DNA from: Balanoglossus misakiensis
Taxonomy: Eukaryota; Animalia; Hemichordata
Direction of reading: 5' to 3'
DNA: 64,000 nt
Assembly: GCA_040954595.2 (NCBI GenBank)
Contig: CM082577.2
Coordinates: 62,001 to 126,000 of the forward strand
Below are positions 1-12,305 of this stretch, in pieces (the stretch's first letter is position 1; each line of letters begins with the position of its first letter). A model generated the notes under the pieces. The model did no database searches and was not told where the DNA came from. It was given only the letters and a program-made list of their open reading frames with translations. The position numbers were made by a program, and so were the translations under genes.

Positions 1-2458
1 GCGAGTAAATAAAACGGGTATCTTATACAGTAGAAATGCGAACATAAAACATATAAAATGTTTGAGCAACTAATGTTTGATTTCTGAACGGTTCGAGGCA
101 CAAGAAAATGAACAACACCGGGTTTGCTTTTTATGTCTCATTCCGAACATTTTCTGTAATAGACACGTGACAAGGAACCGCCCTGTCTTGTGTGAAACAG
201 ACTTGTCACAAAGGGGATCACAATGCCCTTTGTATCATAAAGTTGTATTCTGTCCGAATCCCACTCGCAGAAAAAAATGTCCACACTCACAACAGTGGAG
301 ACTGCTTCCCCACAAGTGCCTTGAATTGGGAAAGCATGTTGCGTTGCGTCGAATTTTCAAACAAACAATCCAGTTTATCACGAGTGCATTATCCACCGTT
401 ATATTGAGTTATATTCTAATCAACAATAACGGTTGAAGATTTTCACCCTCAATGCGAGATTATACACTCTAGGTGTACACTTACTGAATTGCTCAAAAGG
501 AAGCCCTTACAATGCGCTATTGTTCGCCATTAACAATTGCACTGTGTACTCTCTGCAAAACTATGCACACGGTTACTCAGAGGTCTCTAACAAACACCTC
601 GGTCAGAAAAGGACGCTAAGTATAAAATATTTTTATTAACTGAAGCGAGAATTCATCAATTTCAATCTGTGTCTGAAAACAAATACAAGTATAAGAGGAA
701 ACAGAAGCGTTGCGACATAAATAAAAGGATAATGTAAACGATTACTTTTCAGAGCTAACATTCTATACACAGCAAACTAAAACAATTGCATAACTCCTAA
801 ACAGATTAAACATCTGACTGTATAGTGTTTTTGGTATCAGTCAAAAGTTGACTCTGAGAAACATGATCATGGAGTAAAAATATCTCTAATCACATCGTAT
901 TTATAGTTCGTTTTGAATAAGTCATCTGCACTATTAAACTGGTTGTAAAGTATGTCCGCACTCAGCCTCTGTTGACAAATTCGTCAACATATTTATTAGA
1001 ACTGAACGATAAAGCTGGCTTTGCTAACAATGATTAGTTGCATATTACGGTATCAACGTTATCTTGCGCCAGAATGTACACTCACATCCAATTATTTCAA
1101 TGTTTACGAGGCTGCATGCATATCGTGTTTGCTAACCGTAGCCGCTATATTAATCACACGGTTTCTCCATGGATGGTTGTTATCTCATAAGCTTACGCGA
1201 TCCGTGCTGATGTGTACGAGCATTTGCTTTGCAGTTATCTCCAGTCAGGCAACGCTTAGACAAAGCAAAAATGTTCAGTAGCGGAAGAGGGGGGCTACTG
1301 TCATGGCTGTAGACTTATTCCGCGCAATAATTGGAATAATTTTGCCAAAACTTTGGTGATAATACTTATAACTACGCACAACGTATTTTTATGTATTCCT
1401 TTGCCAATATTTGGTTTTCGTGAAACACGGTCGAAATCAGCGGTCATTTGGTAAGCTTACAGGAGATTCTCTGCAGTTATCGGTCAAAGAAATATCTTTC
1501 AGGAACAAAATGATAGCCTCACAACGCGGATTTGTTTTGTCGTTGACCGTAAAACACACACTTCATAAGTAATCTGCAGACATAATCTGACTCGCCGGGA
1601 TGGTCTTGTTTACAAGTTATTTTACACTACTAAGAAACAGCGCGTCTACTGCAAATGATGTATGCCTGGAATGTAATAATACAATACAGTGACCAAGCAA
1701 CGATCAAAATGGTCGGCCAGTGGTATCGAAAAACTTACGTTGTGTCAACGTGAAATAATCAGAGACTGAATCCGGAAGTTACATTTGTTCGACCCAAGTT
1801 GGCAAAAGTGTTGCCTGAATGCTTAGATTGGTTTGGTTATATAGCGTCTCTATCATAGAGGACTGTGCCACGGGTTAGAACGAACAGGAGGGTCGTTCAG
1901 CGCCAAGCCTGGTTTTCTAATGTTTAGTCAAAAGGCTAACAAAAAAGTTTGCACATTGTTTTTTTTTTTTCCAATGAGTGACGAATGGCGTCGGCATTGT
2001 GTATGCAACTCGACAACTGGCTGATATAACCCCCAGGTAATTCTCTCTTCATAACACTTTTGGGCTCCCCGACTTTTCAAAGCACAGGCCAATTTCGGGC
2101 ACTAGTCCGCTTTCAGGGTCGAGTTGAATGTTTACCTGGTGTGACCGTAGTGCACGCGGGGTTAACTCACGGTTGCTTCGATAGACAATTTGTCTGGGTC
2201 AGAATTTTTGTGAGCCGTGAAACAGCGTAATTCGCCCGGCAGTAACCAGGTCACGGGCAATGAAAGACTACAAGCAAGGCGCAATTGTCGAGTGCCGTGT
2301 GCTGCAAAACAGTTAAATAGCCAAAGAGTAATGCAAAATTACACTCGATTATATGAACAACAACGCCGGTCCCAAATGAGCCGCGTCAAATATCAAGGAG
2401 AATATGCCGCTTGGCTCTTTGGCCGGTATACATGAACATGCGTAATTGAAGGCTGGTT

Positions 2459-3472
2459 TTACGGCGTATTTAGTGACATATAGCCCCTGTCGTGCAGTAC
2501 CTTTTGTTGGCAGTTAAGTCCGCCGATCCACCCAGAAACAGTCTTGATGGGCCTAACCCTATCTTTGTAGTGTTCAATCGAATATTCCACCGGCAATACA
2601 TCCGTCTTTGATCTCGCCAGTTGTTCCTGGGCGATTTTGTATTCCTGCATCCACTCCTTGCTCTTCCCGATGGATCTGAAAACTTCCTTCTTCTTTTTCC
2701 GCATCTCCCTGTCCAGGATGACGAGCGGGTACTTTCGTGTGTAGTAGTCGATGGGTCGGTGCAAGAAATCATACCTGGATTTCGGAGAGACGACGACCCG
2801 AGCGTCCTGTAGCTGGCCACTGTTTTTCTCCTGTTGCGAGACAACTTTGTCGGTGTGGGAACTCAGTCTCTGCTTCGGCAGGAGACTTTTAACAGTGTCG
2901 ATGTGCTCCGGTTTTGCTTTCGAGGCGACCGCGTTCTCTTGTTTCATGTGTACCTGTGTCGCCTCTTTCTGTTTCTTGAAGAGGTAGTCCAAATTCGTTT
3001 TTGAGCGCATGACCGGCAACCGGAGCAGCTGCGCGGTTTTGGAGTTGTTTCTGCGGCTGTATTTTCTATCCGGGGTTTTCCCTTTCTTGTTCGTATTCGC
3101 GTGATCTTCCGTCCGTTTGTCGTCCACTTTCATCAGTGGCTCCATCTTGGCTTCTCCCGATCTCCTGGGCGACATGGACGTGAATGAAAAGAGCTGATAT
3201 CCGGACACTTCTCTCCGCAGGGACCGCGACACTGCCGGCCGCTCGCTGAGAGGATGCTTTATCATGGGTAACTTTAAACTGGCCTTTCCGGCGGGACTTG
3301 TAAGGTTAGAGTCGTTGTGACGGCACGCTTCATTGATTTCGCCCTTTGACGGGAGGTGGCCGTCATGTCCCGCGATCGTCGCGTTGGTTGGTTCCCTTTG
3401 TATGAGCCCAAGTGAACGAGCTTTCTTGAAGAGTTCGAATTCGGTCGGCACGTTCGGTAACTGCACTGCCAT
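2459..3472 (-). CDS. Uncharacterised basic 337-aa protein, single coding exon
   Basis: A 1-kb stop-free, GC-richer frame in AT-rich background. The ORF track starts at TTG 3508, but the first ATG (3472) has strong context atcATGG; TAA at 2461-2459. No recognisable domain. A 5'UTR intron 3832-3518 (gtaagt...ttcacag) is possible. Confidence 0.75.
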   Translation of the reverse strand: MAVQLPNVPTEFELFKKARSLGLIQREPTNATIAGHDGHLPSKGEINEACRHNDSNLTSPAGKASLKLPMIKHPLSERPAVSRSLRREVSGYQLFSFTSMSPRRSGEAKMEPLMKVDDKRTEDHANTNKKGKTPDRKYSRRNNSKTAQLLRLPVMRSKTNLDYLFKKQKEATQVHMKQENAVASKAKPEHIDTVKSLLPKQRLSSHTDKVVSQQEKNSGQLQDARVVVSPKSRYDFLHRPIDYYTRKYPLVILDREMRKKKKEVFRSIGKSKEWMQEYKIAQEQLARSKTDVLPVEYSIEHYKDRVRPIKTVSGWIGGLNCQQKVLHDRGYMSLNTP

Positions 3473-4801
3473 GATTTGTTGCCAGTCGTCCAGAATAGTC
3501 CAAAGCAATGCAGAGTGCTGTGAAGTACCTGTTCACAAATTCCGATCCAATTATTGACCAGCGCTCTCCGTGGGTAAGGCGCCTTTGCCCAAAATACGAT
3601 CAGCCTCCTGCTCAGAGTCGTGATCTGTTCATGTTGTCAAGCGCGTGTCTATATAAGATCCGTATAACAGATGAGCCTTTAGTGCGTGTCAAAAGCTGAT
3701 ATCATCTTGTCTTCGCGAGATAGGTAGCTGACGACAGGGAGGCTGAAGGTTCCAAGTCACGAGACAGTTATCCAACTATATTATCGGGGTCTTTTTTCGG
3801 AAACGACCTAGAATCCCAGATAAAATACTTACAAAGTTTCGAAGTTCCCACACAACACTCGCACGACCTGCAACACGACTGTTACTTATAAGAGTGTATG
3901 GGCTGGGTGACCAATGACAATTTGGCAGAAAGTCAATACGCCAGTCGAGTTCCCCATGCACCACTGCACTCACTGGTTACTGTGTACACTTGTGACGTCA
4001 AAACTCGGACAACGGTCCGCAGCGAGGCAAGGGTCAAGCCTTTGTCCAACCACTTTTGTCGTACTTTGTATACGTTGCGAGAAAATTTCCGTGGGTTATG
4101 GTTTGAGTTTTCTTTGGCTGTTTCTTCCACGACTCGCTGTTCTTGTCTGAGGTGTTCTTTGCAAAGACGGGTGTTTCTTTTTCGTAAATTGATCCGCTCA
4201 TCGATTGTCTGCCAAGTCTTATGAAATTTGACTCGCAAAATAAAGGGACTGTGCTATCAAAGATAGAAAGATTTATTTGAATAAGAAAAGAAGGATTGCC
4301 ATATCTCTAAATAATTAAGCAGGTCTGGTGTTCTTTTCTTGTATTTCAGCAGTACTAAGTAACCCACTATTGATTTCTGGTGGCAACGAGTGAAATATCG
4401 CCCTCACTGTCAACGTCAGCCATTCTCCCTTGCATGGTTCAAGGCAAACGAATGACATATCACTGCCACAGTGAATTTGCAGATTAAGATCTTGAGACCA
4501 TCCACATACGGATCATTAGCCTTGTCAACGGTAACTAGTACCCGTAACCATAGCACTTAACACATATATAAAAAGTCAACCTAGATGTATTCTTGTTTAA
4601 ATTCTTAACATTGTTCATACATTGAGAAGAAAAGTTGTTCCCTTTGCAAGAAAACATCACTTTCCCATTTAAACCTTTTAACACGGAGCAGAGTGATTGC
4701 ATTAGATAGCACAACATTTGAGTTCTGACCACTGGGGCAGACGTAGTGTTCATTTTGCAAATACATGTAGAACAGATTTAGTAGCTGCATATTTTTGTTA
4801 A

Positions 4802-5040
4802 AGCTCCATTAGCTATATATTGTTTTCAGTACTTTTGTTTTGCGTATCTACTGCCGATTCTTGTTCAAACTCTTGATGGTGGAATGCCCAACATTTAGTT
4901 ACTCACTGAGCACAACATATATGCGTATAGTCAGCATTGTTATTGTGCAAAATTTAAATTCAAGTCCGGACTAGAATTCACTTGTCAACACCAACATTGG
5001 CCGGGTCGTTACACACATACAGGCTATGTTGACAAGCGGA
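4802..5040. repeat. Truncated copy of an old dispersed repeat family; related fragments at ~50410-50580, ~57430-57620, ~62320-62380
   Basis: cagtacttttgttttgcgtatctactg (4827-53) vs cagtatttttgttttggatatcaactg (57457-83); tttttcaacacagccc at 50519-34 and 57524-39; agcattgttatt at 4933-44 and 50547-58; aagtccggact at 4962-72 and 62355-65. Begins right after TTAA. Confidence 0.6.
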
Positions 5041-6212
5041 GCATTGGGTATAGGGCCCATGGAAATGTTTTTTTTTCTATAGGCCTAATAAGATTAACAA
5101 TGTTGATTTCTTTTAGGATAGCGTCTCAATGCGCATAAAACAACTAGGCCTAACCTGTGAAAATAATACGCCCCAAACTCTGGGGAGTGTTGACTTAACA
5201 ATACATGTATTCCATGATATACATTTTCTACGTACGAATATCCGAAGAGCTCGGAACCAGGCACCGTGGTGAGATGTTGGTTCCAATAGGCCTATATCAG
5301 TTATAAAAATTCCCGCACCATTTATGAAAATTTAGGCCTAAAAGAACAATAAGAGAGCTATCTTGAAATTCTATATACATGCTTACAGGCTGTGGAAAAC
5401 TAGGGACGTAGTACAGTAGAATTGGCATGAATATTGTGGCCAACCTTTGTAACTTTTTTCGTTTAGGCCTATCCAGTGGACCTATTAAAAATACGGCAGC
5501 TGCCCTAAAACGTCACTGTGTCAGTGAGTGAAAGCCAGCCTACCTGACTCGAAAGTTCTTATCTGACCGAATCTTCAAGTTTCAAAGATTGCTGAGAATC
5601 AAAACAGAACGCTAGATAAAACTACAAAAATGATTTGGGACAAAACCTCTCGATAGCAGCACATACTACGATGTAGTATAACTTTTCTTCAACTTCTCAT
5701 TGTGTACAATAGATGTACTGCGACAATCAACAGGTGGCCGGTGGTGGTTTTACCTTTACATACGGCAGCTATTGGGCACTATTTTCAGTGGTTGACATGA
5801 CTACGGATGTCTCAATCCGCAATAAGTAACTCACGATAGTTTATTAATAGGCAGCTGAATTTGCTACCAAATATGACCCAATTTTATAGAAGAAGTGTGT
5901 ATTTGAATCCATTTGAAAGAAAAGTGTCGCCTTTATCGTTTTGAACTAGTTTGAATGAGGGACTCATTTGTTTGGAATGCGCGTAGGGGGCTAACTTGTT
6001 TGGGGTGTTACGTGACACCTTCATCAACTCTGTAAATCCATGACAGTAAAGCATGTTTACATTGTGTCAACTACGGTCACTGCAGTAGTCTGGAAGTCCG
6101 ATCGAGAGAATCGCTGCCACTGGACAGCATGTTTCAGTAGCAAGAAGGTGTGTAACGGACGAGTAACAACTTCTGGCCAACTTTTCGCTCCGCCCGCACC
6201 CGTTCGGAAATA

Positions 6213-9200
6213 ATGGCTTCCCCAACTTCAATCGCACTGTCTTCAGCTCCAGCACGAAGCACGGTCGATATTCCACAGGGCCACTCGACGGCCACGATTT
6301 TGACGAATCGAGCAAAAGACATTACTGTTATTTCCGATGTACCGTATAAAGAGAGAAATTTGTACGCGCCGCCGGACAGGCCACCAAAGGGCACTCGTTC
6401 GATGCACCGGACCACACTAACACTCGAAAAGAAACCAGTTGATATCGACTACACAACGTCGTCTAAATCGGTGAGTTTTGCCAATGCAAACTTAAGTTTC
6501 AGTTTTCATTCCAACGTGGCCCAAGTCACGATGACATTGAAACTTAAGATCCACAAATGGAAGAGTTTCAATGACAATAGTAGTCTATACAGCTCATTGT
6601 GTAGAAAATGTCGCAATTCAGACGTGCCTTTTTAACACAGCATAATGTATGACTAGTAATAATTTGTCATGAAATTTCCATTACAAAAGTATATATATTA
6701 ATAATTTAGAGTGAACAGGAAATATTAACCGGCGTCACTTTGAAAAGTGTATAACGGCGAGTCATCTCATGACATTTAATAAACGCATGTTTTTAGGTTA
6801 ATAATAATGTGCTAAGCTTTTTTTCAAGATTTGGTATACAACATTAAAACAACAACAAAGATTTGTGCAATATGTCAGCTACAGCTACGTTCGCATTTGT
6901 CACTCTTGCATGTATTTAAAAATCAAATCTTTAAATGTGTGTATAACCCCATGTCCAGCAGCCTTGTATTATTTATAACCCCGTGGTTGATTTTTGTTTT
7001 CACGATTTTTGTATATATACAAATACCATTTACCACTAATATACAAAAATATGTGAAAACAATCAGCTCTATAGACACAGGACTGTCAGAAAATGCCAGT
7101 AGGAAGGCTGTGGACCAATACTATTTCCATGGTGTCTGCAGTTTAGCAAAAGTACATACATACATGTACTCGTCTGGATATCCCCATAATAGAACAGTAA
7201 TTGACGTGGGGCTCCTTTTAGGAGATTTTGTTAATAGTTTCTCAAATATTGACCATTGGACAGGAGTTATTTGCCAAAGTCCAGATTTTTTAAATGGTTG
7301 TTTAGCTTTCAAGGATAAAGAGTAAAAAATATAGTGTTTTCAGTTGTGCTTCAAACATGTCTGTCGATGGTAATATAATTATTATAAATGATTTATTTAC
7401 TGGGGATTTTATTCAAAGATATTGACAGAGATATGTAATTACTTAAGCTATTAAAATGAATGCCTTGTATTATGGCAGGTGAACACTGACTATATTTTCA
7501 GCTGTTTAATCACAGGCTCCTACAGAATTGATTTTTCAGTCTACACTACATAAGGGCAACTATCAGCAAATAATCACAGGTCAGAAATTATTTGGACAGT
7601 CAATTTCAATCAGTGAAAAATTGGTGATGTGGCTGTTTATCTTTGTATTATAGAGAGTAAAATATGACGTTTAAAAATAAAATAGTGACTTGACTTTATC
7701 CTCCCTACTGTTGACATGATTTGCACAGTTGGATAGAGATTATCCATTATGCTAAATTCAATAAATACTTTGTGGGCTTCACTGCTCAAAAAATTGTAAC
7801 CAGTGAAATGCGGTGTTGTAATTAAAATTTTAGATACTGCCGGTAATTATAGTCAAACTAGACATATGGGTTCTGGTATACTGCTAAATTCTGAAAATGA
7901 TTCAGTATTTGTATTGCACTTCTTACATGAGTGGTTTCAGAGAGAAGAATACTTAAATCTAAAATTGTACATGTAACTTGTAATGGCGAGAAAGACACTC
8001 AGGATATACTTTCTTGTCAAATTATCGAGCACTGGCACATAAAAATTGTTTACTGCTTGTCTGGAGTGAGGTGTCGATATAGCATATGGCCTGACCCATA
8101 AAAGTTACAATGCAAATGTACTTGTAGGTCAGAGAAGCATACCAGGGTTGCTAGGCAACCGATAGTTTGAAAAGGCTTACAGACCACTTGAATCCCTGAC
8201 ATTTGTCTCTGTATTTATTTGATTGCACAATCTGAACTTAAGCCCTCTCTAAGCAAGGGTACTAAAAATCTCTACTTGGATATGGGGAGATTAATCTGAC
8301 AAAAGTTGGTTTATCTTTGCCTTGGTGGTAAGGATGCTATTTCTCCATATAAATAATATATTATGTAAATTACACTTGGTTGTTACCAATGCTTCTGTTG
8401 CAGAGATTAATAGTTGTGGAATGTTATCAGCTTATCTGGTACAGTTAAGCAAAGTCTAAATTTATCTGTGTATTAATTATAATCAGCTATTTGAGAGGAT
8501 GAAACTCACAAGAGATTTGGAATCTTGGATACAATCTTGATTAGATTTAAATGAGAATTCAATTGAAGTGGTTTTAAAAATATTTCAGTTGTATAGTGAT
8601 GGTCAAGTCTATTTTTGTCCAAGTTAACCTTTGTATGGGCTGATTAATCATAATACATTTGTATTGTGACATTGTGTGTTGGTGATTTCTGTGAGTGTGT
8701 GTACTGAGTGTACAATATGTTACATTGTACATGTAGGACGTGTATGTGTGCTGAATTAGGATGGCAAAATTAATTCTCTCAATTTGCAAAATGGTCAATT
8801 TTGTTAAGATCTTTTTAATGTTGATCGAAACTACTACATGCTAACGTCTCATTTATGAAACATTCGATTATAATTTGTATCATAATATATTCAATATTGT
8901 AGTCTTGTTCAACTTTGAGTCAGATTAAAAGATTTGATCAAGCATTTACTGATTATTGAATTTCTCTCTTTTGGCAGGCATTTGGTGGCAGTAAGACACT
9001 TCCGGTGGCCGTCAGGCCGTATCCATGCCCGTCACTACACACATCTCATTTTGATATTGGCATAACTAATGACCGATACAGGTCTACGCATTATGGAAAC
9101 ACATTCTATGGCAAAGAGACAAGACATGTGAGTTAGAGTATGGCAGTAATGGTTGAGACCTTAATACATCATGTTCTGATATCATTGTATCTGTGAAAAG

Positions 9201-10216
9201 TTATATGTTTACATTCTGCATCCACTTCTGTAGTGAAAATCACATCAACTATATTTCTGTTTTATCTTGAATATGTGATAGTCAAGTCATGCAAATTACA
9301 TGGTTTAATCCTTTCATCCCCGTTTCCCTCTATAGAGGTCCAAATTTACAATAGAAAACAGTGGATTTGGACCAAACCATGGTGGTGAAAAGGTTAATAA
9401 CAGTCACAGCATTGGATGCCATTTTTTATCTGAAATAATCTTGAAATCTTGAGACGGTGACACAAATACTGATATTTTGATCTGATAGTCTTCACCTTAG
9501 TACATTGTTAATGGGATTGGCAAATATGTGACACATTGGCAAACATGCAACCATATAATGGGCAAATATGATGTATATAGTTACTGATATACATGTATAT
9601 ATTTCCATATGATGTCATCTAGAGTAGGTAAGATCGGTTTAGCAACATATGTGACAAAATGTGAACTTTTTCGTCCAGCATATATTTATGTCAATTGTCT
9701 ATAAATGTACATGTGTGCAATAATGAAGTCATTCTATCATTTCTAATTTTTTATTCAGCCCAATGAAATGCATTATCCGTCCCTCATCAACCGTTCGTTC
9801 AACATGCGCGGTGCTGACATGCAGCATGTCCTAGCACGAAGAAGTTGGCAGCCAAACTATTGGAGTTCATATTCAGACGTCCACACCAGACTGGGTCTAC
9901 ACAGAGGCCCTGGTGCACCCAGGCCAGACCCACCAAAAATTAGACATGATATTCTAAATGGTAAGTGGGTTCTTTGTATTGGAGCGAGCTCTATAGAACT
10001 CTACATAAAACTTTCAAATGGCACACAATTAGCTTTTAATTTTTCTTCGATATTAACACATGATTACAAGAGCTGGTAATTAACAAAGTGCATTTATTTT
10101 CACTTGCAGGGCGGAGGATAGGACCTGAAATTCCAGCAGATCACCACCGGATATCGGGAAACAGAAAACTCTACGATGTCCGGAAAGATGCCCAGGACTA
10201 TTTTATTCTAGGATAA
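6213..10216 (+). CDS. Uncharacterised 238-aa protein, 4 exons; candidate ciliary microtubule inner protein with SAXO/Mn-like repeats
   Basis: Exons 6213-6470, 8978-9127, 9759-9960, 10110-10216 with canonical sites (gtgagt/ttggcag, gtgagt/attcag, gtaagt/ttgcag) and phases 0, 0, 1, giving 717 nt that end DYFILG*. ATG context ataATGG. The product label is inference from the motifs DYTTSSKSAF, YRSTHYGNTF and YWSSYSDVH. Confidence 0.85.
8147..8159. promoter_or_regulatory. RFX X-box-like palindrome GTTGCTAGGCAAC in intron 1 of the 4-exon gene
   Basis: Matches the established RFX half-site arrangement GTTGC-N-GGCAAC; function untested. Confidence 0.45.
9309..9393. mobile_element. ~85-bp TTAA-flanked piggyBac-like MITE, copy 1
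   Basis: ttaa-tcctttcatc...gtgaaaagg-ttaa; near reverse complement of the copy at 28672-28756 (shared core atttggaccaaaccatggtggtgaa). Confidence 0.7.
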
Positions 10217-11678
10217 TCTGTAATGGATGCCTACCCCTGCCTTTCAGTTTTACACTTATTTATGTTATGAAAGCTTATTTTCATTCTTTGACAAGTATTA
10301 TTGGCTTGGAATTTTGCTGCTTTAGTTATAACATATCTCCAATATTTTGTCCCAAAGGGTGGCTTTTTGTTCAAAAATGTAAGAAAGAGTTCAAACAGTT
10401 TCATTCACTAACACTGCCTGTTACTATCAGGGTATATGGCACTTGACTCCAATTGCAGTTGATAAATTCATGGATGACAAGGATTCTCCCAAAATCAAAT
10501 GACCAACATTTTGTGTTCTTAGTTGTGATGATACGCTGTAGAATTCTTTGCAGGTGCAGGTTAGTATAAGAAAAAATCACAGCAAAGGTGCACGAGACAT
10601 GTTGATCAAAATAGTTGCTCTGATCTGAAATCTGAAGGTCACTTATGCAAGTAGCTGGAAATTAGATTTTTGAAGGCAGTTGACGTTACCTTTTATTTAA
10701 TGAAAGGTTATTGAATGTGAATGTGTGATTAACATCAAATTAACAGTTGAATATTTACTTGAGTTGGCTTGTTTTCTGAAATGTTGAAGTATACATACTG
10801 ACTAGTCTGAAATGACTGCAGCTGTTTTACAAGAGTGCCAAGATAAAATTGAAGTAAATTGGTCAGTATTTTTATCATACATAGCTTTATAGGTCAAGTG
10901 TAAATGCAAAAACAAACTCCAACACATCTCAAATGTGATTACTGCTTATAACTTCCACAGATCATGATGGTCCACAGACTATGCAATGTCTCCTGGCGCT
11001 AAAATCACTAAGTGAACATAGCTATTCCATCCGTACAGCAATATAACAAAGGCTCAGTTTTTCATCAAATTTTCTCCACAAGTTATGAAAAACAATGCTC
11101 ACCATTACGCCAAATATATGATAATTAGAGGTAATTTCAATAAACTTTTGCATATAGATTTGTCATTCTGTACAGTGTATAGATTTTGATAGTGATCATT
11201 CTAATAATTGATGGGCCAGAATTAATACACTTTGGAGTGTTAGAAATCATGGAAATATTTCAATTAAATAACACTAATTTTACAAACTGTCCAATAGGTA
11301 ACCTCTATTATGCAATGTATCATGTCTGAATGACAGCAGCTGAAAGAATGATTTCAAAAACAGCCTCAGTACTCAGTACGGTAGTTGTAAAATCCACATT
11401 ACTGCCTGAATGTCTGTGGTATAAAACTATAATTTTCAATTTAAGTACCACCAGTGCACCAATGAGTGTTTTTCAAGGCATTTTTTAAAGCAGATTTGAT
11501 GTAAATCTGATGTGGTTATAGTGGTACTACTGTAACGGTACATGAAGATGATGTAATACCAAAGTGATGGGACCAGCAATGAGAATTACGAAGTAAATTC
11601 TTATAAAGTGTGAAGTCTTTAAATTTCTTGTTTTTGCAGGAAAATATTTTCTACTTTTATAACATGGTTGAATGTGTA

Positions 11679-11684
11679 AATAAA
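11679..11684 (+). terminator. Candidate polyadenylation signal of the plus-strand 4-exon gene
   Basis: AATAAA followed by a GT/T-rich tract (gagtgttttttctattt). Other AATAAA hexamers occur at 11139, 12002 and 12256. Confidence 0.35.
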
Positions 11685-12299
11685 GAGTGTTTTTCTATTT
11701 ACCTTACCAGTATGGCGACTTTATTCATTGTCTTGTATGATCATAAATAACTGGACCTGGGGGTAGCTTTAGATTTACAGAAAACAGCTTTGAGGTATTT
11801 CTGTAAATTTGAAAACGTGCCCCAGGCAAGTTATTGGAAATGGTGGAGTGGAGGAAGTGTTATGTTTGAAGAGACTCTTTTGACAACCAATACTTTTGGC
11901 TGAAGTTCAGCCCTGAGAGGGTTAAGAATTTAAATGCCGGAGATATTCACCCATTCTGGCAAAATTCATACATTATGGTTATCTGCTACTAGGTGATGTC
12001 TAATAAAGGCAAAGAAGTGACATTTCAGATTATAATGCAAGGGTACAGGATAAAGTCAACCAGTAACCCTGATTTACACATCTGTATTTAAAAAGTAATA
12101 TGTGGAAATTTTTCCCACAGCCTCGTTCAAATGTTTTGTCAGGCATTAGTACTCCCTGGCAACTAATGAAACCTGCTTGTAGTGTAGCAGAAACTTGCAA
12201 TACAGTGTGGGCAGACACACAGCTGTGCTAAATATAACTAATGGCTCACTCACTTAATAAACACAACACAAAAATTAGTCACTAATTGACAACAACACC

Positions 12300-12305
12300 T
12301 TTATT
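12300..12305 (-). terminator. Probable distal polyadenylation signal of SMG1 (AATAAA)
   Basis: Plus-strand tttatt at 12300-12305. On the minus strand it is followed by a GT/T-rich tract (ggtgttgttgtc...tttttgtgttgtgt) and preceded by T-rich sequence with a TGTA element (12351-12356). Confidence 0.55.

Noticed and set aside
1-2458. Short ORFs in the first 2.4 kb
   Set aside because: No coding composition, splice pattern or recognisable product; probably 3'UTR of the 2459 gene plus intergenic DNA.
3933-4238. 101-aa minus-strand ORF with vague similarity to a LINE ORF2 linker (KENSNHNPRKF)
   Set aside because: TTG start, no endonuclease or reverse-transcriptase motifs nearby; equally explained as leader or promoter sequence of the 3472 gene.
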